Made by a program: the position numbers and the translations under genes. The notes under the pieces are model-generated. The model was not told the origin of the DNA. It saw only the letters and a list, made by a program, of their open reading frames with translations, and did no database searches. Below, piece by piece: positions 50,683 through 62,716 of a DNA stretch of 64,000 bases. The DNA is from Callorhinchus milii (Eukaryota), in the NCBI RefSeq assembly GCF_018977255.1, contig NW_024704742.1, positions 84,322,001-84,386,000 of the forward strand, given 5' to 3'. Positions within the stretch are counted from its first letter, which is position 1, and the number at the start of each line of letters is the position of its first letter.

Positions 50683-51914
50683 TCACAGGATATTTAGTGA
50701 TGCATGTGTTTACCCCAGAAAGTAAGTTTATAATTTACGGGGGAGGGGGAACGGTGAAGGAGTAAAGTGTTAGGTTGGTGCTCTTCAAAGAAGGTCTCTC
50801 CTCAAGCTAAGGTTTTATTTTGTTGGCATGACTAATATTTTCAATGGCACTGCTACTTTTTTTTAAAAAAAACTGCAGCAGTAAAAATTTCACTTGGAAA
50901 ATGCCATATTAAGCACATTCCTCAGCTGTGGTGCTGTCGTATTAAAACCAGATGTTGAATCTAACTGAATCCTTTTCTCATGTTATAAATAACTCTCTTA
51001 AACATCAAACAGAATCATTGCACTGTATGAATGATTGACAGCTCTCAGCACTATTACAGTACTGTTTCATACCTGCAATGCAAACCCACCCCCCACCCCC
51101 CACCCCAGACTACAGTAAATAGTTTGTGAGACTGAAAAGGCTGAGAGGATATGCACTGAAGACTCCTATCTATCTTGACTTATGTATCACAAGTAGACTG
51201 ACTTGTAAACCAGGCCGCCACAGTGTGAATTCACTGGTTGAGAGGTATTTTGTAATTATGTTGCCTTTTGGCGCCTCACTATTTCTCATTGTGAAAGTAT
51301 GATTATATTGTGCAATACTTTTCATTCTTGATACCCAGAGTTGTAGTATTGACAACAATTATTTTAGCAACATATTTTACACAATTATTGTAGTTATGCA
51401 TTTTATATTGCTCTGTCATTTGTAAATGAGAACACTGCCACGTGTTGTTGCCTCACCTGCGTCATAGCAGTATAAACTGGTTCACAGTATAAACTTGTTT
51501 TCTAGTTCCTCAAAACCTGAGTGTTTCTACAATTTGTATTGGATGTAGAACAAAAGGCGTATTCTATATTTGCTCAATATTTGTTCAACACTAGGAGGGG
51601 TGGTATGAATAGGGAGTTAGAAATCACCCATAAACCGGATTTTAACCCTTAGTTAGCCATCCTACACCTTTGTTCAAGATTTATTCAAACTAGTATTTTC
51701 TGGCTTTCAGCCAATGAAAATTAACCTGGTTTCCACTAAAATAGTACATTCCAAAAAGCTATCCTGCCTAATAGATGCCATGTAAATGCAAATTGTTGTT
51801 GTTGAGTGGGCGCCAGAGGAAGACGTATCTAAATGTTTTTGGAAAAAGAATTTCAAGAGAAAACAAAGTAGAAAGTTTAAATTAAAATTAACCTAAAAAT
51901 AGGACTGAGAATAG

Positions 51915-52480
51915 GGAGGGAAAGAGATAAGGCAATCAGGTGAGTGGCTCCACTGGCTCTAAGGTGACATGTTTGGCAATGGACTGTCCTAATCGAGCCC
52001 AACCTCGGTAGTGCAGGTCCTGCGCCAGGCAGGTCTGCAGTATTGCAAGGCACTGCTGATGACAAGACAGACAGGTTGACTCATCGGTAAGACTTGGGGG
52101 CAGAACCAGTCACTGGGGGCAGAGATGCTTCCCACTCAGCTCCTGTTTAACCCTGCAAGCAAAAGCCCTAATGAATGGGTGATCCTAGCTGGACAAGCAG
52201 TGGGAAAACTTTCAAAGGCAGTGCTATCAATGGCAAGCTCTGTGGTTTTAGTTGGTTAGACTCCAGCAGTACCTTAACATACACTCTGGGGTCTTCAACC
52301 TTGGCTCTTGCCAACCTGTACCAAAATACTTTTCTGGAACAAGGTAAGCAGGATGCATCCTTCGAGGGAGGATCCATTCCAATAAATACCTCTGGAATTT
52401 CCATGTGTAGGTGCAATACATGGAACTGTTTGGTTTGGATATTCTTAAGCATGGAGATGGGGTTCCACATCCGCCAGGCA
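51915..52480 (+). repeat. Unclassified repeat family X, near full-length copy
   Basis: CTGGCTCTAAGGTGACATGTTTGGCAATGG ... GGTTAGACTCCAGCAGTAC ... CTTAAGCATGGAGATGGGGTTCC. Confidence 0.87.
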
Positions 52481-52844
52481 GCATTTTCAAAGTAAGAAGG
52501 TCTAATTAAAGCTTATACTCTGGATAGAGAAGCTCAGACCCCTGCATTAAAAATAAAGTACAAAAAAAATACCTCTGGGTTATCAGGTCACCATTGCTAC
52601 CGATGATCTGACTTGCTGCACACTGCTTCCTTTGTATAGACATGACAGGTTGGCTTCCTGTGCTTGTACGTTATACATAGCGTGCTGAAAGTGGCACCTG
52701 ATACCTAGAAATTTAACACAGGAAGTCCGCACCAGAAGCAGACTATACCATAATTCAAGTCTAACGTGGGTCCACAGTGCACCTGCATTATCACAATGCA
52801 ATTTATATAGCACCTGTCAGATAAGATAGCATCTCGGAGCACTA

Positions 52845-53115
52845 TAACAACAACGACTTGCACGTATATAGCTCCCTCCACACAGGATAGCGTCTCAGAA
52901 TGCTTAACACTGGTGAAGCCTGACTCCGAGCCAGGGGGAGGGGGGAGGTGGTATGATCAAACAAGAAAGTCTTCAGGCGGGACTTGAGAGAGGGGAGAGT
53001 GTGCCAGGAGGCTGGTGCCAGTCGAGCGGAGTGGTGGATTGGATTGGGGAGTGAGTGAATGAGTGAGGAAGTCGGAGAGGTTGGGAGGTGCCAGGGAGTG
53101 AATGATTTAAACACA
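52845..53115 (-). mobile_element. L2 3' fragment
   Basis: CAACAAC tail and LKSRLKTFLFD on the minus strand. Confidence 0.82.
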
Positions 53116-54322
53116 AAAATGTTCGACTCACACTAAACCATGATGCATTTTAACGTGCCTCTGGCTATCAGCATTTTCAAAATAATTCTTCTTCAATAAT
53201 AAGATCTGGTCCTGCGAGCCGGAATTTCCGTCTGAGAGTAATTAAATAATTTGTTGAATCCTGCAAGTGGAAGATGGCAAATGCTAGGAGAGTTAGAATT
53301 CAGGAGTCTGCACGCTTGCAGGCCTGCGGGAATCTTTTTGGTTTGGGGCCCAGTCCAGTTAGGTACAAATTGAAGATATGCTGGGGGCTTACTGTAGTTG
53401 CATTTGAATCAGGCAGTGGTGTAAATGATTTTATGCTTTCCCATCCCTTAAAGCTAAAAGTATGTCAAAGGCAATTGAATTTTGAGGGTATTTAAAGAGT
53501 TAAAATCTTAATTGAGCTGTAAGAAAATATTTCCACCATGTACTATTTAAAAAAAAACTGAGGTCAAATGTTGAAATCCTATAGCCTGCATTTATTACTA
53601 AAGTAAAGTTAACTTTAATCCTTGCATTTAGTATAGTGCCTTTCACATCAGAAGAAAGTCTCGGATACTTCACAGGATACACTGTAAATTATAGTGATTG
53701 TTCATGTGAAGCTGACAATTGTTTTAGCTTAAAAATGGAATCGACCGAAATACACTTTTCATTTGGAGTTGGATGAAACCTTTCCAGTCTCTACTGTTGA
53801 TACTTTCAGAGCTGTATTTTGTACAGTTCGACACAATATAGAAGCTGCAATTTATGGGATATCCTAGGGCACCTTAAAAAATTGAGTGTAAGCCTACATT
53901 CAAGTTGTGCAATCCTTAGCCTCAAGTTCTCAGAAGATTTGCTCCATACTTCATGAAGAACACAATTCACATTTCAGTCACGTGATTTAACAGCAGAATT
54001 ACCTTTTAATTGTCTACCTGTGTAGTGTGGCACCTTAACACAATTTCAGCACCATCTGTGACATGTAGTAACTCTGTACTCAAAGGGTCCGTGATCGGTA
54101 ATAGCAGCATTTTTGTATAGTTCCTCATGTTATACACGTCCGGTGTGAATGCGAGTGGTTGTTTTACAGCTGCAGATGTTTTATAGGTGGTGTCCATTTT
54201 ATATCAATCAGTGTATTCTTTCTACTTGTTCTAGTAATTAGAGATTTGTTTGGAATTTTTAATGTACTTCGATGATGATTCATATCAAATTGATTTTTCA
54301 AACAAGAGTGTATAATGTAAGA

Positions 54323-54556
54323 ATGAAATAAAAGTGATGTTGAAAATCCATAATGGGTCAATCAGCATCCGAAAGAAAAAGCAAGTAATTTTTCAGGCAT
54401 GGCCAGACCCTTTTATCAAAACTGTTTGCACTGTATTTAATCAAACTTGTCAAAAACGTTTATATCAAAGACCTCAATGTTGTAAGGTCATGCCTGAAAA
54501 GTTGCTCTAATTTTTCTTCTTTTAAATACTGATCTGCTATGGATTTCCAGATTTGC
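54323..54556. repeat. Degenerate fold-back repeat, possibly Penelope-derived
   Basis: Arms GAAAATCCATA..ATCAGCAT..TTTTCAGGCATG and CATGCCTGAAAA..ATACTGAT..TATGGATTTCC are reverse-complementary. Confidence 0.55.
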
Positions 54557-55092
54557 AGTTTGTATCATCTTGTGATGCAGGAAAGTTGTTAAATTTTTTT
54601 TTACCTTTTCATCTGAAAGGAATGCTTCACTTTCATCTTGTGCCAAATGCAAAAAGACCACTCAATGCCTTGCTTGTGACATTGGTGCATGTGCCCTGAC
54701 TAGGGGTGAACTGAACTCACTTGCAGCCAGCATTTGATTCAAAGTGAAGACTGAACCCGTAAACTATAGATTGGCATCTGGACTTCAATTACGGTTAAGA
54801 TCAATAGCCCTGATCAAACAAACCTTTTGAAAAAGAACCTCATGCTGCACTAGTTGTCACAGAGACCTGACTGACCTCTGCTAACATTGATGTGTATCAG
54901 TGGAAGGTAGCCAAAACTAAGGGGTTTCTTTGCGTGTATGTATGTAAAATACCATGCTTGATTCACTGATATGATGTAATCAGCTCATATGTGTTGCACT
55001 TTGCCAAAACCTTTCATATGAAATGTACTGTGTGAATTTGGCAGCTTTGTTCAAATACTCCAGTTACCAATATTCTGTTCTTTGTATTTCAG

Positions 55093-55172
55093 ACTGCAAA
55101 TGGATACATCCTACTCTTCGACATTGTATCTTCTGGAGAAGAGAAATGTTTGTACGAGCCAGTGTATCCCAA
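55093..55172 (+). CDS. RIC1: RIC1 coding exon 3 (80 nt)
   Basis: TTTGTATTTCAG| acceptor. Encodes TANGYILLFDIVSSGEEKCLYEPVYP(K) (cf. human TANGYILFF...YLYEPVYPK). Donor AA|GTGAGT, phase 0/2. Confidence 0.96.
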
Positions 55173-55614
55173 GTGAGTTTGAAAATATGCCTCAGTTAAC
55201 ACCAAATAAGATTATCATTTACAAGAATAGGTTGAGTAGTTTTATAGAGACCTTAATCAGAAGTTTCTGCCTGTGATAATCATCTAACCCCATCTGCCTG
55301 TGATAATCATCCAACTCCATTAACGCAGTTGGGGTGGATTTAAAATAAGGCTCACAGGGTTGGTGTAGTCACCGCTGACATCGCCAAGCCCGTGTGCTGT
55401 GTGTAGAATGCAATCCTGTCAGTAGTGATTGCGCTCTCAAAACATTTTCAGTGGTTGCTAGAGACACCACTGATGCCTGGAGACATGCAGTGTGCAGCAC
55501 TTTTAATTTGAGGTAGTTATATTTAGTTTGTAGCCCATTGGTATGTTTGTGTAATGATATTATTCACCATTTTATATTTTTAGAGCTTCTTATGTTGAAA
55601 TATCTCGTCAAACA

Positions 55615-55945
55615 TTTGCAATAATTATTGTAAATGTATTAATAATGATTGTTAAAGTAGTGACTTTGTAGGCAAACACAGTAAGGCACACAAACAGCTA
55701 CGAAGTGAATGCGAACTTTCCTGCAGGTAAAGGAAGGAATTCCTCTTTGTGAATAGTGTTATGGGATATTTGAACATCTACCTAAGGAGGCAACCTTGGT
55801 TTAACATCCCTTCTGAAGGAATGCAGCACTCCCCCAATAACGTACTGAAGTATTGTCCTCGTCTAGGAGCTCAATCCTGATGTTGACCTTGAGTCCGCAA
55901 TCGTCTGACCCAGAAGCAAGTTTGTTACCAACTGAGCCTATTGAC
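55615..55945 (-). mobile_element. Deu-domain SINE
   Basis: Reverse complement of 61993-62410, including the head (CAACTGAGCC) and Deu domain. Confidence 0.72.
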
Positions 55946-56257
55946 GCAATTAAATTATTGCTGTGTTGCTGTGTGAGGTGTTTGAAACATAATAAATTAG
56001 CTGGTTGAGGGAAACATCCCACAACCTCCCATCACAGTTTTACTTATGAAGGAAGTTGACACAAGTATTCAACATAATATAAGAAAATTAAATATTCAAG
56101 CGAATTTGCAAAATGGTTTTATGATTGAGTTTGGATTTTCTGCACCTACCTCAGAAGTTCAAATTTGGCCAGCATTTGAAAATGTATTTGCCTGTACAAC
56201 TGCAGGTAATAAACTTTCAGTTTTGTTGTTTTTAAACATTCCCTATTTTAAGATGTG

Positions 56258-58030
56258 GAAGACAAGAACATAAGAAATGCTAGACGAAAAAAGACCAAGG
56301 TCCATTTAGTTCGCTTTCCACATTCCTGCCGGTCGCATGCACATATGTCCCGAACTACCTATGTAGTATATCCCATAACGTTATTTCCTAAAAGAAAACT
56401 ATCTAATCTGTGTTTGAAAGAATCAACACTTCCTGTTTCAACCATCTCCCTAGGGAGCCTATTCCACAAGTTCACTATTCGCTCACAAAATAGTGTTTGC
56501 TTAGATTTGTTCAGAATTTAACCCCCTTCAATCACAGGCCGTGTCCTCTGGTTTTACTGTCATGATCTATATGGTCTTGCCCCTTTAAAATCTTAAAGAC
56601 AGCAATCAGGTTGCCTCTCAGTCTTCTCTTTTCCAGCATGAACATGCCCAATTTACTTAGTCGCTCCTCATAGTCCAGTCTCTCCATTCTCTCAATCATT
56701 TTGGTTGCCTTCCTCTGTATCGTCTTGATTTGTCCAATATCTTTTTTGTACTGCAGGGAACAGAAATGTACACAGTACTCTTAAGTATGGTATCACCAAT
56801 GATTTATACAGTGGCAGGATTACCCCACTATTTTGGCTTGCTATTGATCTTTTGATACATCCCAATATCCCAATATTTACTCACTGTCGCAAAGCATTGT
56901 TGGGAGAGCTTTGATTTATTGTCAATCAGGACCTCCAGGTCCTTTTTATTTTCCGTATATATTATTTTTCTTCCATTAAAATATTAGTCCCTTCCAGGAA
57001 TTTTTGTCCCCATGAAGTACTTTAAATTTCTCCACTTTCAATTTCATCTGCCACCGATCTGCACAATTCCCAAGTATGATCAAATCCACCTGCAACAGCG
57101 ACTGGGGTGAGTGTTGAGGTTTATTTGGACCTGACCAATAGAGCTACCAATCATCCAGCTAGGGCTGACCCAATGTAATAAAAAAAACTTGCATTTGATA
57201 TAGCGCCATATGTTACAGGAGTCCTGTAGCTCAGTGGTTAGAGCACTCGCTTTGCAAGTGAGAGACCTGAGTTCAATTCCAGGCAGAGGGCGAAACCTTG
57301 GGCAAGTTTCCTTACTCCACACGCCTAATAATAATCCCTCCAAAAACAATAATAAATTGGTCATTTTCAATCTATGACTGTTTGTGGGACATTGCTGTGC
57401 GCAATTGGCTGCCGTGTTCGCCCACAAATATACAGTCAATTCACTTTGCAGTGTGTTCTGTGAAGCGCTTTGGGACGTCCTCCCGACGTGAAAAGCGCTA
57501 TATCAAATGCAAGGATTATTATTATTATCTTACAGTCCTGTGTAGTCCTGTAGCTCAGTGGGTAGAGCACTCGCCTTGCAAGCGAGAGACCTGAGTTCAA
57601 TTCCAGGCAGGGCGAAACCTTGGGCAAGTTTCCTTACTCCACACGCCTAATAATAATCCTTCCAAAAGAAAACAATAATAAATTGGTCATTTTTAATCCA
57701 TGACTGTTTGTGGGACACTGCTGTGCGCAATTGGCTACCGCATTTTGCCCACAAATTATACGGTCAATTCAGCTTACAGCGTATTCACAATCTACCACCT
57801 TCATTATTTTGGTGTCATCTGCAAATTTAGCCACTGTACTTGCAACTTCTAGTTCAGATCATTTATGAAAGTATTAAACAAAAGAGGTCCCAAAACAGAC
57901 CCTTGTGGAACTCACTGTAACATTTTCCCAGTCTGATGATATTTCCTGTACCACTACCCTCTGGGTTTTTCCAGTCAACCAGTTGCGAATCCATTGTAAT
58001 ATACCTCCACCGATTCCTGCTTTCCAGGAG
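56258..58030 (-). mobile_element. CR1 LINE (RT to 3' tail) interrupted by SINEs at 57.2-57.8 kb
   Basis: GAACATAAGAA tail. [11 protein letters not shown] and KFADDTKI on the minus strand at 57.8-57.9 kb. Confidence 0.9.
57218..57786 (+). mobile_element. Two tandem short-form tRNA-SINEs (57218-57527, 57544-57786)
   Basis: Two near-identical heads AGTCCTGTAGCTCAGTGG...GAGTTCAATTCCAGGCAG. The second copy lacks its tail end. Confidence 0.93.
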
Positions 58031-59174
58031 GCCAGACTTCTCTTGATGTTTGTGTATGAAGGAATACAATCACATTTCTTAAATGGCTGCTGATTTTGCC
58101 TTTTTAATAGCAGATATGTAGATCAACATTATCTATTCACACCTTCGCTGCAAGAATTGAATGACTTGAATGGCAGTACATTATTGCTATGTAATAGCTC
58201 CTTTATTTTTGGCTGAGGGCAGCAAAGAAAAAAATAACATTTCACCTTAATACTTGAACTGTAAAGAGATGGAATCTCCTGGTTTATTCAGTGTTGTTTT
58301 TGGCTATGTTATGTTCAGTATTGAACTGAGCAGTACCATGTGGAGTCTGTTACTTAAATGCAAGCATTTTTCTGACTAAGCTAGTTAAGTGTTGCCATCA
58401 ATCTTGATTTACTATATTAAAATGAAGATTTGAATTGATAATCTGGCCTGTAGAATGAGAAGAAATGATCCTCATTTTGAACTTTAAAATAAGACAAATT
58501 CTGTGACTTACACCCCATTTAGTTAAGTTCATTCAATCTCATCAAAGACAGCTGAACTAAGATTGACTCTTTGACTTCAATGGGTAAATATTTTTACTTT
58601 GCTAATGGTAACTTCTAAAGCATTGAATAAGCTTCTGTCAAGCATCTGTGCAAGGCATTTTATTTATATAAAGCAAGTGGTGATGTCTGGGTTAGCAAAA
58701 ATGTATTAATGGAATAAAGAACGATTGACATACATTAGTCTCTCTATAAACTCTGCTGATAATCATAAGCAGAACAGACTAAAACTAAGATGTTTTTAAT
58801 GTGTCCCAAGTTTCCATTAATTAAAAAAATGTACAATGTATGTGTTTTATAATGGTGGTATTTTTAAGTTGGGGTTAGTTGAAGAATCTATATTAAATAC
58901 AAGGATTATTATAATCTATTATTTCAGTAGACGACATTGCAGGCTTTTCAGATTTCCCCTCTTCCTTCAACAAAAGTAAAATTATAAATAACACAATCAT
59001 ATCCAATTTTGTAAAAACTTAGGACCCCACCCAAAACAATTTGACCGGGAGAAACCTCGAAAAAATTCCTGTCAATTAAAAACCCTCCATACCAGCACTC
59101 GATACCAACAGCTCACATCTACCAACATTTGTTCCCACTTTTGCCCACTTCTTATTGCCTGAGATGGTCCACTT

Positions 59175-59700
59175 TACTACTACTACAACAACAAATTACA
59201 TTTGTGTAGCGCCTTTCACGTTGGGAAGGCATCCCAAGGCGCCTGATAATGAGTGTTACGGACCTGGAGGTCGGGATCAGGAAGGGTAGAGGGCCGGGGG
59301 AAGGAGGGTAACCAAAGCCACGGTCGAAGAGGAGGGTCTTGAGACGGGTTGGTAGCAGATTAGCAGGTCGCAGAGGTAGGGGGGAGCAAGGCCATGGAGG
59401 GTTTTGAAAGTGAGGACCAGGATTTTGAACTGTACCCTCTGTGTGATGGGAAGCCAGTGGAGTCGGGCGAGGATGGGCAATGATAGGGTCACGAAAGAAA
59501 GTACAGGCTGTGGAGTTCTGGATGATCTGCAGCTTGTGCAGGGAAGAGTTACCTCTCTTCCAGGACTTGATATCCGACAAGCAGTCTGTGAGGACAGCAG
59601 TGGTCCTGCAGTTGAGGGTGGAGGCAGAAAGATAGAGTTGGGTGTCATTCACATACATGTGGAAGTTGACCCCATGTCCTCAGATGATGTCACCAAGGGG
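59175..59700 (-). mobile_element. L2 fragment with internal deletions
   Basis: [21 protein letters not shown], tail. Confidence 0.88.
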
Positions 59701-61992
59701 CAACGTATAGATATCGATTGTAGATATAGGTTATATTCCCATTTTGAATTATTATTCATTTTACTAGACCATCTGTACTCTTATTTGACATTCACAAAAA
59801 TATTTAGGTTTGGAATTTAAACTGACAATTAAACTAAAACGAATAAGCTATCTTCTGCTTGTGGGATTCAAACCGAGTCAAAATCAATATCCCTTGCCAC
59901 TGAAGGCCAGCAAGCACTGTGAGGTGGGGGTACCCGATACAGTGGGCCAGCGGGAGTCTACACACACATAAGGGCCCACAAAATTTTTTAAATTCCATTT
60001 TGGGTCTGGTTCAGCTAGGTCCAAATTCTGGATAACCAGTCGGAGGTTTATTGTATGTTATAAACGATAACTGCTATTACTTGGTCATTTGCATCCAATG
60101 TCTCAGCGGCCTCATTATAAGCGAGGCATGAAAAAAAACAGACTTGGTTGTTGTATGTCACTTCTTGCAGGTTGAAATGCTCAGGACACAACGCTAATGA
60201 TGCTGCTAATGGGCACTATACACAAGAAATGACTCTCCTGTCACTTTGCAAGTTAGCAACACTTTCTATGTTGTTAATCTGGCAATGTGCAGGAAGTGAC
60301 ATCAGCAGTAAATTGACATTCTGTAAATGGCCAATTTTTAGTGCAGGAAGCTGGCTAGTCAGCGCTGGTAACCAGTGCTTCTGGTTAGTGCAGGTCCATG
60401 GGAAATCCACATTAGAAAAAATGAAGTGGCGCTATGTCAAAGGACCCTATTACAGAGATGCACTGTATTCTGTTCCAGCACAACAAAAGCAGAAGCCAGA
60501 AACTGCACCTCAGTTTTAAACAACAACTTGCATTTATATAGCGCCCCTCACACAAGGTAGCGTCTCAGAGCACTTTGGAACCCCATTATATTGTGGTCTT
60601 TGGGATTCCTAAAATCCCAACCTACGCTATAGTGAAGTAAGATAGCAGGTTTGACTGCAAATGGTGCAGCTGGCTGGTTCCTACACTATAAAATAAAAAT
60701 TGTCTTCTGGGTCATCAGGTTACCCTCAACGTCACTTCCTGTTTTGCACAGGGGAAGCCAATTTAGTATGAAAGGCCAGCTGGCTCGTGGTGGGTGAGCG
60801 AGGAAGCAGGCTGTCTCCATGCATACACATGCAGTGAATGGGGTTCACAGTGCCACTGAATTATATGCAGTAATTGTATACAGCAGTTGCTCAGGTCGTG
60901 ACAATTAGAAACCGTCTCAGAACCTGACACCATTGTTATGTCGTGGATTATCAATTTAAACAAAAATTGCCAGATGATCAGCGACTAGAAGTGGTGATAG
61001 TGTCTCGGAGTGGTGATAGTGACGAGGTGTGCTGATAGTGACTAGTCATTCTGGAAGGGATCTTCTGGCAACAGAACTGCAGCAACCATCTAATGTTTAT
61101 TTAGCATTAAAAAGAGGTGGAATCAATCTATCTGCAGCTTTGCTAAAATCTCCTGCATTCCTACACTCTTGCTTAAGACCTTCACCAGCAAAGAAGCATT
61201 TGTCTGGTTTCATTTTCTATAATACTGAAAATTCGACTTTTAGTTGTGTTCCTTTGTTGTTGTGTGATTGTATGTTTTAAAAGAGAGATTAACTATGTGG
61301 TGTTACAAGGCAGGTGAAGAAAACCCCTTGACGTCAAGCACCTTGACTTGCACTGATTGACACATCACCAAAAAATGTAAACGTTGCTGATGTGGTAGCA
61401 AAGTTCAAACCATTCTCTATGTTGCTGAATATAATCTGTACCTCGCTACTTCCTATACTGTTTAAAGGTCACATCCTGCTGGTGTGCTCACTGGGCAATT
61501 GAATAGTTTGACTTCAAACTTTATGCAATTTTGGATTTTGTAGACAAAAAATAAGCCTTAAACAGAATGTTGTGCTAAAATATTCTGCTTGATAGCCTTG
61601 TATCTGAGAAACAAAGAATTTTTGGCATATTTGTTGTATCTGTGCTTGGGTTTTTAAAAAAAACTGAGTAATCTTTGTAATCAGCCTTTTGTGGGTGAAT
61701 ATTTGTGATTTTGAGGGTAAGCTAGAATGCTGGGGAATTGAAAACTATACTTCCAAGCCCCCTCTTCCTTCATCTCAAACAGTTTTCACTTCAAGCGCTC
61801 CCAGGCTAAATATATCATGCAAAGTAAATCTCCCTCTGCTATGCCTTTGATCTCAGAGCTCTACTGAATTATAGTTTGATTTTATTTTCCACACGAGACA
61901 TTCTTGTGCTTGTGTATTTGAATCAATAACTTTTTTTTAATGTTTTTAGACCATTAGTTGCACTGTCAAATCTTCTGACATTAAATATATAG

Positions 61993-62410
61993 GTGTCCGC
62001 TAGGCTCAATTGATAGCTCTCTTTCCTCTGAGTCAGAAGGTTATGTGTTCCAGATATGTCTCACATTGAGACTTTGAGCTCAAAGTCGAAGTTGACACTC
62101 CAATAGTGTTGGGTGTGCTGCATTATCTGAGGTACCGGCATTCGGATGAGACATTAAACTGAGGCCTTATTTGCCTGTTCAGATGTATGTTAAAGGTCCC
62201 ACTATTTGAAAAAGAGCAGGGCCTTTTTCCCAGTGTCCTGGCCAACAAATAAAATTGGCCGTTCACTTCATGGCTGTTTCTGAGACATTGCTGTGCTCAA
62301 ACTGGCTTCACCTTAAAAACAAAAGTCATACTTTACAGGAAATCCAATGAAGCACTTTCCGATGTTTCAACAACTTGATAAGACACTATCAATTGCAAGG
62401 ATTATTATAA
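61993..62410 (+). mobile_element. Deu-domain SINE, full-length
   Basis: tRNA-like head, TTCGGATGAGACATTAAACTGAGG...GTGTCCTGGCCAAC Deu domain, CAAGGATTATTA tail. Confidence 0.82.
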
Positions 62411-62716
62411 TAAATCTTTCAGAGAGGAAAGAGAGGTCTAGTGAGCAACCATTGAATGTTCTAATCTTTGGCTTTCAACCAGTTAGAAACTCAATGGTGA
62501 GAGAATGCCTTCTCAGTAGCCTGCCGCTGTTCTGCACAGTTTATTATATAACTTAAATCGCAGCTGTACCGTTCTGTTGCTGAAATCCTTCCCCATCCCA
62601 TGCAAGCTTTGTATTGTCATAATCCAGTCTACACTTTACAGTATATTCTGTGAAGCGCTTTGAGACGTCTCGAAGACGTGATCTTGTTGTTGTTGTATCA
62701 GGCGCTATCAAAAACG

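Noticed and set aside
52056..52062. CTGATGA in family X (and at 27243) as a hammerhead ribozyme core
   Set aside because: No stem II followed by GAAA at a suitable distance, and the motif varies among copies.
55266..55319. 27-nt tandem duplication just after exon 3
   Set aside because: Ordinary local slippage with no sign of function.
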